The notes below the pieces were generated by a model. The model had not been told where the DNA came from, did not search any database, and saw only the letters and a program-made list of their open reading frames with translations. DNA of 64,000 bases from NCBI RefSeq assembly GCF_009914755.1, contig NC_060928.1, one strand, 5' to 3'. Shown one piece after another: positions 12,721-28,349 of the stretch. This DNA is from the human T2T-CHM13v2.0 reference genome, Homo sapiens. Each line of letters begins with the position of its first letter. Position 1 is the first letter of the stretch. A program made the translations under genes and the position numbers.

Positions 12721-15700
12721 TCTAGACTATGCAACTTTCCAATATCTCCTGACTGTGAATGATAAGACTCTTAGATTGAGTCAACATTCTGTCCAACTTT
12801 GCATTCAGTGATACTTGGAGAATTAGAGAGTGGGTCCATCAAAAATCTATTTATATAATACATCTTGGGTAATTAGTTATACAAAGGAAAAAGTCAAAAT
12901 CCATGCATCTGGCTTCAGAGCAATAGGTACATATAGGAAAAGTATTATAATTAAGATACACCTATAACTTGGCTCTATAAGAGCTCCTATAAATATAAGG
13001 CAGCTTAAAGATAAATGAACTTTACTTCTCTATACATTGTGGTAGATAATGAAAACAGAATTCTCGAGTAGTTCCGGTACTAGTAATAATGGCTGGGGTC
13101 ATTTTGGAAATGATACTGGTTATCGTATTTCCAAAGGATATCAAATCTTTGGCAGGGGTAGCACTAGAAGTTGTCAGGCTAAGAACAGTGGGTGGCTAAT
13201 AACAATGTCAGGCTAAGCTCTTGGTAGCTCATTTAGTACTTTTATCACTAGACATTGGTATTCTTGGATGAACACTGCAGTTTGTGCGATTTGCAACTTC
13301 TATGGTAATCCTTGGAATTGCTGCCTCCTTTTGCTAAGTTTGCCTATAAATGTCCTCTTATCTTTCTTGAATTTCTCTCTTTCTACTTCTTTTGTTTCTT
13401 TTATTTCTACCCTTACTTGAATAGGAGACACAAGGAAAAATGTCATTCCTGATTTTAAGAACTTAGAGCTGAGGATATGCCAGAAGCCAAATTCAAAGCC
13501 ATGATTTTAGTCCTATCAGCTAAACTCAACTCATTCTAAGATGAAGTACAATGTCCCTACTGGGCAAAGGTTTACCCTACTGTTCAGTAAATATTAGGAT
13601 CAATTTTAAATAATGCCAGGGAAACTCTCGATGCTACTTCCTTTTGATTGCAGCTCACTTATTAACTTTTTCACCACAAAATTTGGGAAACATGCTATAT
13701 GCATAATACTATGCAAGGCCATATATCCCACAATTGCTACTGTTAATTTTTTGTTTGTTTTATTTTAAAAAATTCTCCTGTATCTGTCATCTAACTTCTG
13801 GATTATCACTATACATTTTTATCTAATCATGTTCTGTCCAATGTCCCTGCACACAAATTAAATCTTCAGAATTAAACATGTTTAATTCTCTAAGGATCAC
13901 TGCTTTTTTTTGGCCATATTTCTGTATTCAAAAATCTTAAAGTTTACTTTATCACACCGTATTATCCATTTTGAAGATGAAGGCATGGCTTCTAAAACTG
14001 GAATTGAAGGCACTTCCCAACAGGTGACTGATGGCTAACTTTTTAAACCCATTCTTTTCTATTGTTTTTATAAACTTTCAAATAAATAAGTTCTTAAAGC
14101 AGACTTGATAAATTGCCATCTCCAGTCCTTTGATGTTAATATTTTCTCATTAACTGGCCATTTTTCACTCATAATTCAAGATGTAGTCTAAGGTTGATCT
14201 CCTCTACAAAGTCTTTCTCTACTCCACAGTGACCTTCCTCCCACACTCCTGTAATTCTTTTCACATTCGACGTTAGCTATTCTTTCAACACTTAAATAAC
14301 CTGCAAGTGTCATATGTGTACTTCTCCATAGTTCCTATAACACCTAAATAGTACTCATACGTAGTAGGTTTTCATTTTATGTTTATTGGTTGATTGACAA
14401 GTTGGTTTACAAAAGCAACATGAGCACTATTTTTATTGATCTTTAAGACTAATTATACTATTGCATTCTTTTTTCCTGGATATTTCTCAAGGGATACAGA
14501 AATATTCTCACATCATGACTCATAGGGTGAGCCATGGTTAACACACAGAATCTTTTTCCCCCAAAATGAAAGTGTTGTTCTATAATATCCACCAGAGTTC
14601 TTTCTGCTTTTATACTAAGTTCTGTAGACATGCAGAGAAATAATATATTAACCTGGAGAAGATGAGGCTTCTTTTAAGGTTTTGAGGAATTTAAAAGGTC
14701 ACAGAGGAAGAAAGAAGGGATTCTAGGTGGTGAGATCCCCAAAATAAATAGCTGAGAGTAATTCATGAATAGTCTATATTTAGGGTATTATAAGTAAAGT
14801 AACCTGGTGTTGATACAGGCTTTTTGAGTTGGCATGATGGGAAAGAAGCCTGGAGAAGTAAGGTTGGGACAGATCCATATACTGCTTCCTTCAAAGACAT
14901 GCAAAGGGGAACTACTTAAGATGTGAAGCCAAAGCAATAAAAGGGAAAGGTTGCTTCTAGGTCACAGTGCTGCTGACACTTAGGAAAAAAAAAAAGCTTC
15001 AGAAATCAGTGCGTGGCTCTCTGCTTTGCAAGCCTGTTATATGTGGCTTTTATATGTATCTGAAAATAATTTTAACAGTCAGTTTTCTTTTCTTTTTCTC
15101 TATTGAAGTTCTCCAACTTACTTTTAAAAAAACTCACAAGTTATTTTAGAAAGTACACAATATATCAAAGGTTCCCAGAATTGACTTGAAGAAAGCTCTG
15201 AACATGACTTCAACTAAAAGAGAAAAATTTCAAATATTTTATAAATGCTTGCTATATTACCTGTATCAGTAACACAGCTGCAGAGAATTACGAGAGAATT
15301 ACTGCAGAAAGAGGGTAAGACCTGGTGGTACAGTGAATGGTCTAAAGCTGATCGTCTAATAGTTCATGCAAGTCGTATCATCTGTGCCAGGATGAACTTG
15401 CACTGGTAAGAAGAATATTATTGAAAGCCAACAGGCTTGTTATATCCATTGCTGTGAAAAATGGAATACTCAGATGTAGGGCCCATCAGGAATGGCTAAA
15501 AACTGAAATATAAAGTTTGCCTCCTGAAGCTGCATACTGACTAAATATGAATAAAAATATTGAAAAGGTGTCAGCCTTTACTGATGCCATATCTTAAACA
15601 GTAATATATCCAATTGGCAGAATTAATTAAAGCATGTTCACAATTTTACTTCCATAGAAAGAAAGTTTTATATTTTCAGGTAAAGAAATATTTGTTAATA

Positions 15701-16968
15701 TTTGTTAAGTAAATATTTCTGTGCTCATGTAATGGCTGAGGAATATCAGTGCTTTTTAGATTTCCCCTAAGAAAATACTTAAAATAAAATTCTCTTTGAA
15801 AAAGAAGATGGAAATGTACATTTAGTTTCTTTGTCTAAGAATGTTCCCCTTCAATTTACTTGCTTTCCCTGAATGGTTGTTCACAGCATCCAAGCACAGT
15901 TAATCTCTCTGTTTAGTGGGCATGGCTATTTTTGCAGTGCCTTAAGAGTTTTGTTGGTTGCCAGATCATTAATGGGCTATGAATTATGCAATAAACTTCT
16001 CCTGCACCAATAAAGAAGAAACCAGCAGTGAAGTCTGGCCTGAGAATAGATGAAATAGAACAATAAAAGCCATAAACACATTTTTTCACTTGGAAGTCCT
16101 ATTAAGAATTAGAAATAATTCATGTTCAGATGGTTTTGTATGGCAGAGATGCTGCAATGAAAGAATTTGCAGGACTTTTACAAAATTAAAGAAGAAAAAG
16201 CAGAAGATCCTTGGACTTGAAAGAGAGGCTGTGACTAGGAATTAGGGACACACTGTCTTTGTTTCCTTCTTCCTATTAAAGTTTCAGGCTAGTAAAAGTT
16301 GCATGTATAATCACAAGATTATGAATCTATATGCAATGTGCCAGGTAGTTATTTTTCTGGAAAAAAATAACCACTTTCTGTTTCAGAAAGTACTTTCATG
16401 TAATGTCATTTTAAATTCATGTTAAAGATCTAAAACTGTTTTTTGTGTTTGAAACTACTTCTCTTAATAATATAGTTTTTCCTAGGTCTGAGAGTAAAAG
16501 CATGAGAGGTGAATAGAATTTCTTCCTTAGAAAAATAACAATTAGGGATGCTTTAGCCAGGAGTTGCAGTTTATTTTTAAGTGAGTCTAGCATTATGTGA
16601 AATTTGGTTATTTACTTTAGGGTTCCTATGTAGTGAAAAAACTACTTGAAATAACCATGTATAGTGTTTAGAAGCATGACATAAAATATGAGGGCATGGT
16701 TCATGTACTCTGGTTGTTTTTTCTCTTACTAATTGGGCATGGGACAAATTAGTCTTTTTTTTTTTTTTGGAATCCCCCTACTCTCCCAATATGGTTGGAA
16801 TCTCCCTACTCTCCCAATCATATGCTGTAGTTTTAACCCCCAGTACTACACAATGTGACTTTAGAAACAGGGTTAGTAAAGATGTCAAAAGTTAAGATTA
16901 AGTGATTAGGTTGGGCCCTAATATGAATTCTGCCCTTATAAAAATGGGAAATTTGAATATAGACACAC

Positions 16969-17955
<987 letters not shown>

Positions 17956-18314
17956 CATCCAAACTGGAAGAACACCCTGTGAAGAGGAAGGCAGAGATTG
18001 GAATGATGCAGAAGAAGCCAACAAATCTAGGAGAGAGGCATGAATTTCCCCTTCATAGTCCTTGTAAGGAGCCAACCCTGCTGCACCTTTATCTCAAATG
18101 TCCAGCTTCCAGAACTGCAAGACAGTAAATTTCTGCTGTTTAAGACATTCAGTTTTTGGTACTTTGTTAAAGCAGCCATAGCAAACTAATATATCCTTTA
18201 TATCTCCTTTTTCTGTTGGGGTGAGTGGCATTTGGGAAGGCATAAGAACTGTAAGAAAGATATGGTAATGATATCTACTTCAAAGAGTTATTAAGAAAAT
18301 TAAATATGTTAAGG

Positions 18315-18857
18315 CAGCGGTCTCCAACGTTTTCGGCACCAGGGACTGGTTTAGTGGAATAAAATTTCTCCACAGACTGGCATGGGGGGGTTGGTTTCCA
18401 AATGATTCAGTGCATTACACTTATTGTGCATTTTATTATTATTATTATACTGTAATATATAGTGAAATAATTATACAACTCACCATAATGTAGAATCGAT
18501 GGGATCCCTGAGCTTGTTTTCATGCAACTAGACAGTCCCATCTGGGGATGATGGAAGACAGTGACAGCTCATCAGGTATTAGATTCTCATAAGGAGAGCA
18601 CAACCTAGAGCTCTTGCATGTGCAGTTCACAAAACATTTTGAGTTCCTATAAGAATCCAATGCTGCCACTGATCTGACTGGAGGTGGAGGTCGGAAGGTA
18701 ACGCAAGTGGAGTTCAGATGGTAATGCAAGCGGTGGGGAGCGGTTGTACAAGTGAAGCTTCCCTAGCTCAATCACTGCTCACCTCCTGCTGTGAGGCCTA
18801 GTTCCTAGTAAGCCACCGACCAGCACCAGTCTGTGGCTTGGGGGATGGGGACCCCTG
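18315..18857 (+). mobile_element. MER1A-like hAT-Charlie non-autonomous DNA transposon, inserted in a MIR
   Basis: Terminal inverted repeats cagcggtctccaac / gatggggacccctg, ~540 bp long, degraded 8-bp TSD tgttaagg/agttaagc. Confidence 0.85.
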
Positions 18858-19509
18858 AGTTAAGCACATAAAGTGCTTAGGAAAGTGCGTGGAGCATAGT
18901 ACTCAATGTGTCTTACTTGTTATTACCATTCTTTTTCCATTGAGCAAGCTACATGGTATTTTTGGATGTAAAAGCAGAGGATTAGACAAAATTCTCCCAC
19001 ATCCTTTCTTTCTCAGAAATTCAATTATTCTATTTTTTATATTTTAAGATTAGAAAGCTCTTTTGTTCATGTCACTACAAATCAATCCATAAAATTATAT
19101 TACCTTCCATGCAATTCAACAAAGCACAGGAGAGGGAGAAATCAAATCTGGAGAAAAGATGAGTAAGTGAAGACTTCACAGACTATATCATGGCTGGAGT
19201 AAAATTTGGAGGTTGAATTTATCACCCAGGAAAGAGCAGAGATAACCATTCCAGGACTTGAAAGCACCAGGGCCAAAAAAAGACAGTTAACAAGATAGAA
19301 TATCAGGACAGTTAACAAGATAGAATATTGCTTGTTGCTGCAAATGTTTCTGGAGCCTAAAATTATAGGGCAAGCAAAAGGAGATATAGATAACAGAAAA
19401 TATCTGGGCCAGATTTTGCCAGAACAAAGGGATACTGTTGAGTTAGAGATGGAAGCTTCAAAGAACAGAGAAAACTGCAATAGGTTATATAATTTTGAAT
19501 TCTAAAGAT

Positions 19510-19780
19510 CTCTAACATGTAATGAGAGTTTACCATATGCCAGGCCCGATTCTAAGTACTTTTACATGTATTAACAAATTTAATACTCATGACAACACTG
19601 TTACATGAATATTATTTTAGCTTCACTTTACAAGAATAGAAACCCTGGCACCTAGAGCTCCAGGAAGATGTGAAAGATCATATAAACTAGTAACAAAGCT
19701 ATAGTTTGATACAGTTTTGATATAGTTTTATAGTTGGATATAGTTTGGGTTCCAAAAAGTAAACGTGTTCACATCCATTA
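19510..19780 (-). mobile_element. MIR
   Basis: taccatatgccaggcccgattctaagtacttttacatgtattaac...tttaatactcatgacaac. Confidence 0.7.
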
Positions 19781-20394
19781 TGCTACAGCAAAGGTTATCA
19801 GGTGCTAAATGCAGACTAGGTGGGGGGAAGTATATCAGAGCAGACACTAATTATCATGTAGAAATCCTATACTGTGTGTTTTTCCTTTAGCTGTTCAAAT
19901 ACCACATTTGTTTTGCAAATTTTTTTTCCCAATACCCTCACCAGAAATAATCTCCCCTCTTGTATATTCATTTACTACCCTTTTTGGTAAATAGTATGTA
20001 ATTTATAACATTTTTGAAATTTGTACCAAGGTGGACTTCACTGCCTTAGCTTTTTTACATGGGTTAACACTTTAACATTGAGACCTGTATATGAACAGTG
20101 TTTTGTAAATAAGAAGTGCAAAATAAGCATCTAATGAATAATTAGACAGAAAGAAAAGAACGTAAGACAACAGTGATATATTTTTGGAAGTCAGTAGTCA
20201 ACCAAAGAGATGATAACTGAGTAACCTGTAGCACTTTCTGAATAAGCAAAGAAAGGTGGAAAGTAAACTGGTTTCCAGAAAATATTTTCTAAAGATTTAG
20301 ACACTGGTAGCCTTGGGTTTTGGAATTAAGGAAGGGTGGCTACAATAGGCAGGGAAGATGAGGTCCAGTAACTTAGACCTGAAATCTTACTGTC

Positions 20395-20777
20395 TGTATT
20401 AGTCTGTTCTCATATTGCTATAAAGAAATACCTGCGATTGGGTAATTTATAAAGGAAAGGGGTTTAGTTGACTCACAGTTCCCCAGGCTCTACGGAAAGC
20501 AGCCTGGCCATCTGTTCAGCTTCTGGAAAGGCCTCAGGAGTCTTACAAACATGGAGGAAGGCGAAGGGGAAGCAGACTTGTCTTACATAGTAAGACAAGT
20601 AGGAGGAAGACGGGGAAGGTGCTACACAATTTTAAAACAGCACTGAGGGGATGATGTTAACCCATTCATGAGACTTCTGCCCCCGTGATCCAATCACCTC
20701 CCACCAGGCCCCACCTCCAACACTGGGGATGAAAACTCAACATGAGATTTGGTAGGAACACACATCCAAACCATATT
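20395..20777 (-). mobile_element. MSTA/MSTB solo LTR
   Basis: tgtattagtctgttctcatattgctataaagaaatacctg...ccaatcacctcccaccaggccccacctccaacactgggg...catccaaaccatat. Confidence 0.9.
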
Positions 20778-21176
20778 CCTATCCTTTCCTAGAAATCTAA
20801 ATGTCTCCTTTTGCTGGAAACCATGTGTTGACATTTCCTTAGCACATTTTTGGGTACCACATTGTTTAGCTTCATCCCAGGTTAACATTCCACTCTAAGC
20901 ACTTAAGGTGTGTAAAGTCCTTGCTCTAATTTCTCCTTGGTACACTGTCCTGTATTCCCTCACTTGGTCTTCCCTAGTACAATCGTTCCTGTTATCTGGC
21001 TGTTCTACAGAACTTGCCCTGAATTGTAAAAACAAATTTTGTGTGTGAGATGATACTGACCAAATTTGCTTCATATGAAAAAAAACAGTTCAAGATGTTT
21101 ATGTAACATGGGATTTCCACACACTGATCTTCCCCCTATTTTATAATTAAATTTTAATGATATAAACTAGAAGTTG

Positions 21177-21354
21177 TTGAGAAAATCCATTGAGTGACTC
21201 TTTCCCAATTAAACAAAATAGCCCATCAGATCTGCATCTTCAATGGTCAAATAAAACATATTCCTTCTTGAGAAAATCCACTGAGTGGCTCTTTCCAATT
21301 AAATGAAATAGTCTATCAGATCTGCATCCTCAAAGGTCAAATGAAACCTATCCC
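21177..21354 (+). repeat. Diverged tandem duplication, period ~91 bp
   Basis: ttgagaaaatcca(t/c)tgagtg...atcagatctgcatc...ggtcaaat begins at 21177 and 21268. Confidence 0.9.
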
Positions 21355-21639
21355 TGAACGAGGGGGTTTATTCTTTAGCTATACGTAAAGGAATTTCCTG
21401 GTGTTCACACATTTCTTTTCTATGTTCTATTTTTGAAGGCTTTTTTTTCTTGGCTCTTATTTGTTTTACTTGAAAAATTAATGAGAATGAAATTGAAAAA
21501 AATATATATTTGAATTTAACCATTATTTTAATTTAAAACTTTTCAATATCAAAATAAACTTATACAAAGGAAAGGTGTATAATTAATATTTTTAAATAAT
21601 TTATATGCTAGCTGCTTGATGATTATTATCTAGTAAATT

Positions 21640-21790
21640 AGCCTCTCTATAAGGTACTTTGCATCTCTATTTACAGGTAAGGAAGCTGAGAGTGATAGGG
21701 TTTAAGTTGTGTATTCTGTTCAAAGCCATACAAGTAAGTGGCATGGGTATATTTTGGACTCAATTTTGTCTGACTTCAAAGCTAAGGTTT
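21640..21790 (-). mobile_element. MIR fragment
   Basis: tatttacaggtaaggaagctgag...gtaagtggc...gtctgacttcaaagct. Confidence 0.6.
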
Positions 21791-24588
21791 TTTTTTTTTA
21801 AATAATATGCCACCTTGCTTTTTGTTTTCATGAAGAGCAATGACCAGTGTTCACATATACTGTTGTAAAAGGGAATTAGATGACTATTGTATCCAGAAGA
21901 ATTTTAAGTTATTGAAAATGTCATGAAGTTAGAAGATCTGGTTTTATATAATTTCCTTCTCCATTACCAACATTGGTGTGACTTTGAACAATACATTTTG
22001 TTATAAAATAAAAATGGTATTAATACGTGCCATCTTGATGTAAAAATTTAATAATGGGATGTATTTTAATGAATGTAACTAAAATAGTTTTCATGAATAA
22101 TAATATTACACTTTAGCCACTGATCGATCCATTTTTTCAGGAATAGATGATGATCAAGAGGTAACTCATAAACGATAAAGCATTGTGTCTTCTACACATA
22201 AGAATAATTTTAAATGAGCTTCTGTTGCACTGGCAGAGGAAGCCTAACTGGAAAAATCATTTTCACAGCAAAATGGGAAGGAAGTCAATGAAGAGGGTTG
22301 GATATTTTGGTCATGTTCAATGTAATGTTTAAAACTATCAGAGACCGATAAAGATAATGTCTTGTTTCAAGTGTATTTTTTTTTGTTTTAACTAATGCTT
22401 TGTACCACAGGGAGCCACTCAGGTTTTATTGATAATTGATAGTATTTTTCAAACAAGCTCACTGTCATTTTATCATGCCAGCCCTTAGGCCTTCTGAGTT
22501 TGGCTTAAGCTTTTGGGTTTTCATTCCAGCACACAAAATAGTATGTGCTGGCACAGGCTTCCAATAGCTACTTCTACTCTGGGGTCACCAATACAATCTT
22601 TAAACTTTATCTTTAATTACATTTAGACATAATTGACGCTTTTATTTGTAATGCAAAATATCTCCTTCAATAAAAAAATGAAAAGGAAACAAAAATCATG
22701 AAAATGGGATTAGAAAAATATCTTTATGTGGTTTGCCCTTTATTGGTATAAAACAAAACATAGTAGTATAGAAAAAATGACACTGGCAGAAACCATGCCT
22801 TTCTGAGACACTTACTTTTATATTAACTCATTTATGTTCATTTATGTTAATAGTGAGTTATAAAGAATTAGAAGACATTTCTGGGGAATATAATTTCTTC
22901 CTTATTTTCTGACATATTTTTAAATCAGCATTAGGCCAGATTCAGAATAACTTGTTGGAAAAATGAGACTGGGAGATTGGAAGTAATTATCTCCAATGTC
23001 CCTTTTTGACTAGTTTGGGAAGTCTGGTCAAAATAAGAAATTCTATCATATTGTTTTTAACTAACTCTAGAAACAATAGCATTTCCTGACATAGACATTC
23101 TGATATTCTTTCAATCTAAAATTAATAGGTGAATTCAATTAACTTAGTTTTTTGTGATTACAGTACAATGAAGTTCAAAATTCTGCATAGATTTGGTGTG
23201 TTAACTATCACTGTAATGATTCCGAATCGAGATATTTTGGGGCAGAGTGAGACACCTGCCAACAGCTCCTATTTCTGCCTCATTGCATCTCTTGGGTTTT
23301 ATCCACATATCATAGTTGTGACTTTTGTATAATATCATAGAGCTTCTGTTTGCTAGAGTCCACTGGCACTATGATATATGAAAACATTTTTTTAGAAGTT
23401 AATAGAAGTAATCATCTGTGAGAGCCATCAAGATCCAAATTTTGAATATTTTAAACTCTCATCTCGTATCTTGTTTTGTTACAAAATTTTTTTTTCGACA
23501 TGTGCAGTTCTTATTAGATGACTTGATAATGTGATTTTTAGTTTAATCATTTAAGAAATTTAATCAGTTTATGAAATTTTCACAGCTCAGGAAGCGGCTG
23601 CCATTTAAATTCAATTTATTTATTCATTAATAATATGGTTAATACCATTTTACCATTAATCAATATTGCTTATTTTCTATGTACAATATGCCATGCATTG
23701 AATCAGATATTGTATGTGCATTGCTTTTAATTCTTATGTCTGTACCTTGAGATGATTATTACCATACTCTCTTACTCATGTCACATATTAGATAACCAAG
23801 GCTGAGTGAGGGACAGAAACTTACATACTTAATTAATTTTCTGAGGATCAGGTAGGTATATATGAACTTGGGGATACATTCAGTGCTTAAGTTATGCTAC
23901 AACATACAGGACAAGAAATCATGCCAGTATTCAAAGGTCTGAAGCTTTTGTTTTACTGTTCTGAAGGAGCAGCTAAGATGTTTGAATCTTTACTTTTGTT
24001 ACCCGCAAATATCTATGTTGTCTACTTTAAAACGTGTGTTAGTTTCCTTTCAGTTCAAGTAACAGAAATCCAGCTCATTCTAATTAAGGAAGAAAGAAAA
24101 TAAATAAGCTCCAGTTTCATGTGAAGAATCTTGGGACTGTTCAGATAATTGAAGGAAGAGCTGTAGAAACCCAGGAAAATGTGGGGCCAGGAAGCTATTG
24201 ATAAGCAAGAGGTAGGCTTAGACCAACACACACGAGTCAGTAGTTAAGGGTCTTCTCTGTGAATTCAGGATACTTTCCAAACTCAGATGTAACTCCTGCC
24301 TCAAAAATCTCTTTTTTCTTGTATAATTAAATGGATTCAATGATAAGAAGTAGTAAAAAGGAAGCCACACAAAATATATACGTAACATGGTACATTATGA
24401 TTGTATCTCAAAAAAATAAATGAGCTCTCCACTCTGGCAAAATATCAAGTCACCTCCAAAGGGAAAGACTTCAAATTAGCTTCAGACTTCTATACAACAA
24501 CTGTCACATACTAGAATATGATTACCACCATATCTAAAAAAATGTTCAGAGAAAGAAAGTGTGGTATATTTAATAAAAGATAAGAATA

Positions 24589-24908
<320 letters not shown>

Positions 24909-24989
24909 GATAAATGCAAAACTTATTAAAAACAGACATTCTAATACAAACCAAATCATCAGAATTTAGATGAAATACTTTATATCAGA

Positions 24990-26487
24990 TAGGCAATGTT
25001 TTCCCCATTTTTTGTTTTTGTCAGGTTTGTTGAAGATCAGATGGTTGTAGGTGTGTGGTTGTATTTCTGGGTTCTCTGTTCTGTTCTGTTGGTCTATGTA
25101 TCTGTTCTTGTATGAGTACCATGCTGTTTTGGTTACTGTAGCCCTGTAGTATAGTTTGAAGTCGGGTAACATGATGCTTCCAGTTTTGTTCTTTTTGTTT
25201 AGAATTGCCTTGGATATTTGGTCTCTTTTGAGGTTTCATGTGAATTTTAAAATTGTTTTTCTAATTCTTCAAAGAATGTCAATGGTAATTTAATGAAATA
25301 ACATTTAATCTATAAATTGCTTTGGGCAGTATGGTCATTTTTCACAATATTGGTTCTTCTTATCTGTGAGTATGGAATATTTTTCCCTTTGTCTGTGTCC
25401 TCTCTGATTTCTTCGAACAGTGGATTGTAGTTCTTCTCAAAGAGGTCCTTCACTTCCCTTGTTTGCTGTATTTCTATGTATTTTATTCCTTTTGTGGCAA
25501 TTGTGAATAGGAGTTTATTTGTGATTTGGATCTCAGCTTGCCTGTTGTTGGTGTATACGAATGCTAGTTATTTTTGCACATTGATTTTGTATCCTGAGAC
25601 TTTGCTGAAGTTGCTTATCAGCTTAAGAAGCTTTTGGACTGATGTGATGGATTTTCTTGATGTAGGATCATGTCATCTGCAAACAAAGGTAGTTGACTTC
25701 CTGTCTTCCTATTTGAATACCCCTTATTTCTTTCTCTTGCCTAATTTCCCTGGCCAGAAAGTTCTAATATTATGTTGAATAGGAGTGGTGAGACAGGTCA
25801 ACCTTGTCTTTTGCTAGTTTTCAAGGGAAATGCTTTCAGCTTTTGCCCATTCAGTATGATATTGGTTGTGGGTTTGTCATAGATGGCTCTTATTATTTTG
25901 AGGTACGTTGCCTCAATACCTTGTTTATTGTGACTGTTTAACATGAAAGATTGTTGAATTTTATCGAAGGCCTTTTCTGCATTTATTGAAATAGTCATGT
26001 GGTTTTTGTCTTTAGTCCTGTTTATGTAATGAATCACATTTATTGATTTGTATATGTTGAACCAACCTTGCATCCAGGGGATGAAGCCTACTTGATCGTG
26101 ATGGATAAGCTTTTTGATATGCTGCTGGATTTTGTTTGACAGTATTTTTGTTGAGGATTTTTGCATTGATGTTCATCAAGGATATTGGCCTGAAATTTTC
26201 TTTTTTGTTGCATCTCTGCCAGGTTTTGGTATCAGGATGATGTTGGCATTATAGAATGAGTGAGGGAGTAGTCTCTCCTTTTCAATTTTTTGGAAAAGTT
26301 TCAGGAGAAATGGTGCTAGCTGTTCTTTGTACCTCTGGTAGTATTCAGCTGTGAATCCGTCTGGTCGTGGGCTTTCTTTGGTTGGTAGGGTATTTATTAC
26401 TGCCTCAATTTTTGAACTCATTATTGGTCTATTCAAGGACTCAATTTCTTCCTGGTCCAGTTGTGGGAGGGTACATATGTTCAGGAA
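24990..26487 (-). mobile_element. L1P ORF2 fragment (reverse transcriptase region), disabled and truncated at both ends
   Basis: Minus-strand ORFs give L1 ORF2p peptides [47 protein letters not shown] and [18 protein letters not shown], broken by frameshifts and stops. Confidence 0.97.
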
Positions 26488-27605
26488 TGCCATAGGACCA
26501 TAAGGCATCTTTTCCCACTACTATCACCACCAAAGGGACTGCTAGATTGTATAACTCAAGCAATAAAGCTGTTTGTAACACAGTCTGAATTTGTTGCACA
26601 GTCCTATCCTCTGGGACTGACTCAAAGTAGCCCAATACATGGTCATGCTTAATATGTATAAATATAAAATCTGTTAACTTCGGAAGTCAAAGACTGTTGT
26701 GCTTCCCTAATCGTGGTAGGGAATGAATGACGCAGAAACTTTTACTTTGGCATGAACCTGATGATTGAACCTCTAAAACATTCACAGAAGTGGTAGGTCT
26801 TGAGCATTCATAAAATTTACCTTGTACCCTCTAGTGTGTGTTTGTCTTTTAAACTTGCAACATCCTAGATGCCTCTTCCTCATTTTATCGTTGAGTGTGA
26901 TATCACTGATGCAACGAGTCAGCGTGATGTTTCCTTGAATGCTCAGATTGTCTAGGTCTCTTCATAGTGTATTATGACTACAGGGCAGGAGACTTAAGAA
27001 GCCCTAAGACAAATCTGTAAATGAATATTGTTTGCTGACATATTAAATACAAAGTTTTTCAGACCCTGTCTTCTAATTGGAATGGAAAAGAATGCATTCA
27101 CTAAATCAGTGGCCACATACCATTTATCTAAAGTCAAATTAATCTGTTCTAGTGATGATACTACATTGGCAAAGCAGCTATAATAGGGGCTACTGTGTGG
27201 TGGAATCTGAGATACTCTACAACCATTTTTTAGGATCCATTCAGTCTGTTCAACGGTCAGGCTTTTTCTCTACCATTTTCCAGGGCAACTCGAATATTCA
27301 AGGTTTTCTGAATGTTGCCTATCACTTTTTCTGTGTTTCTAAGAGTCATTCCATCAGTGAGTTAGGCCCATCCCCTGATATCCTTGCTGGGCTGTTAAAT
27401 TCCATGTCCTAAGAAAATACCCCAATCATGAACCCTTATCCAATCTGATATTCCAAACAGCTTGATCAAGCACTCTAAAAATTTACTCCTAGAAATACTT
27501 CCTTGGGTCCTGCGGCTACAAGCCACTTAATTCTTACAATTATTGTTGGTATATAGGCTATTTCCCTTCTTATCAGTCCCAGAATACCTCCAGCCACTTT
27601 CTGCT

Positions 27606-27924
27606 GTTTTTTTGTTTTGTTTTGTTTTGTTTTGTTTTGTTTTGTTTAGGTGGAGTCTTGCTCTGTTGCTCAGGCTGGAGTGCAGTGGCACGATCTCGGC
27701 GCATTGCAAGCTCCGCCTCCCGGGTTCACGCCGTTCTCCTGCCTCAGCCTCCTGAGTAGCTAGGACTACAGGCGCCTGCCACCACACACGGTTAATTTTT
27801 TCTATTAGTAGAGGTGGGGTTTCACCGTGTTAGTCAGGATGGTCTCAATCTCCTGACCTCGTGACCCGCCCTCCTCGGCCTCCCAAAGTGCTGGGATTAC
27901 AGGCCTGAGCCACTGCGCCCAGCC
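27606..27924 (-). mobile_element. AluY-type element with (TTTTG)n tail
   Basis: Diagnostic gcaagctccgcctcccgggttcacgcc and ccgtgttagtcaggatggtctc. Confidence 0.93.
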
Positions 27925-28349
27925 TTCTCCTGGTATTTAATTATTGTTATTGGTCTGACAGCTAACAAAGAAGGTAGAGGCAGCTTCTGAGGGGCCACCT
28001 GCAGCATTCTAGGAGAGAGGCCTCTGTAGTGTCTTCCAGAAGTGTGGAAATGCTACATCTTACTAGGGTAGAGGTGCTAGCTCTGCAAACCTCAAGAGTT
28101 TGAGACGTAACACTGCAGAGTCAACATCTAAAGGGAAATCCATGCAGATGACCTCTTCTCATGTGCAGGGTCCTGGGGTTTCTTCACCAGAGTCCCAACC
28201 TTTGTATAACAGGCCTGCCTTCTTTGAGCATTTAAATGTGTGGAGCTCTGGAATGCTAACAAATAGATCATTGGCCTGTGTGTCAACTGAGTTTGCCCTT
28301 CTAACTGAGGAGATAAAGGCCTCTATAAAAGCTACAACAGAGACCTTCT

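Noticed and set aside
13058-13135. Clustered EcoRI/XhoI/SpeI sites (polylinker-like) and a small hairpin tttggaaat...atttccaaa
   Set aside because: No vector sequence nearby, and such short motifs are expected by chance in 64 kb
19282-19328. 22-bp sequence repeated with period 25 (similar micro-duplications near 4340 and 35777)
   Set aside because: Ordinary slippage duplications with only two copies
24966-26508. Reverse-transcriptase-like ORFs as an active retroelement
   Set aside because: Fragmented L1 ORF2 without promoter, ORF1, endonuclease domain or 3' end
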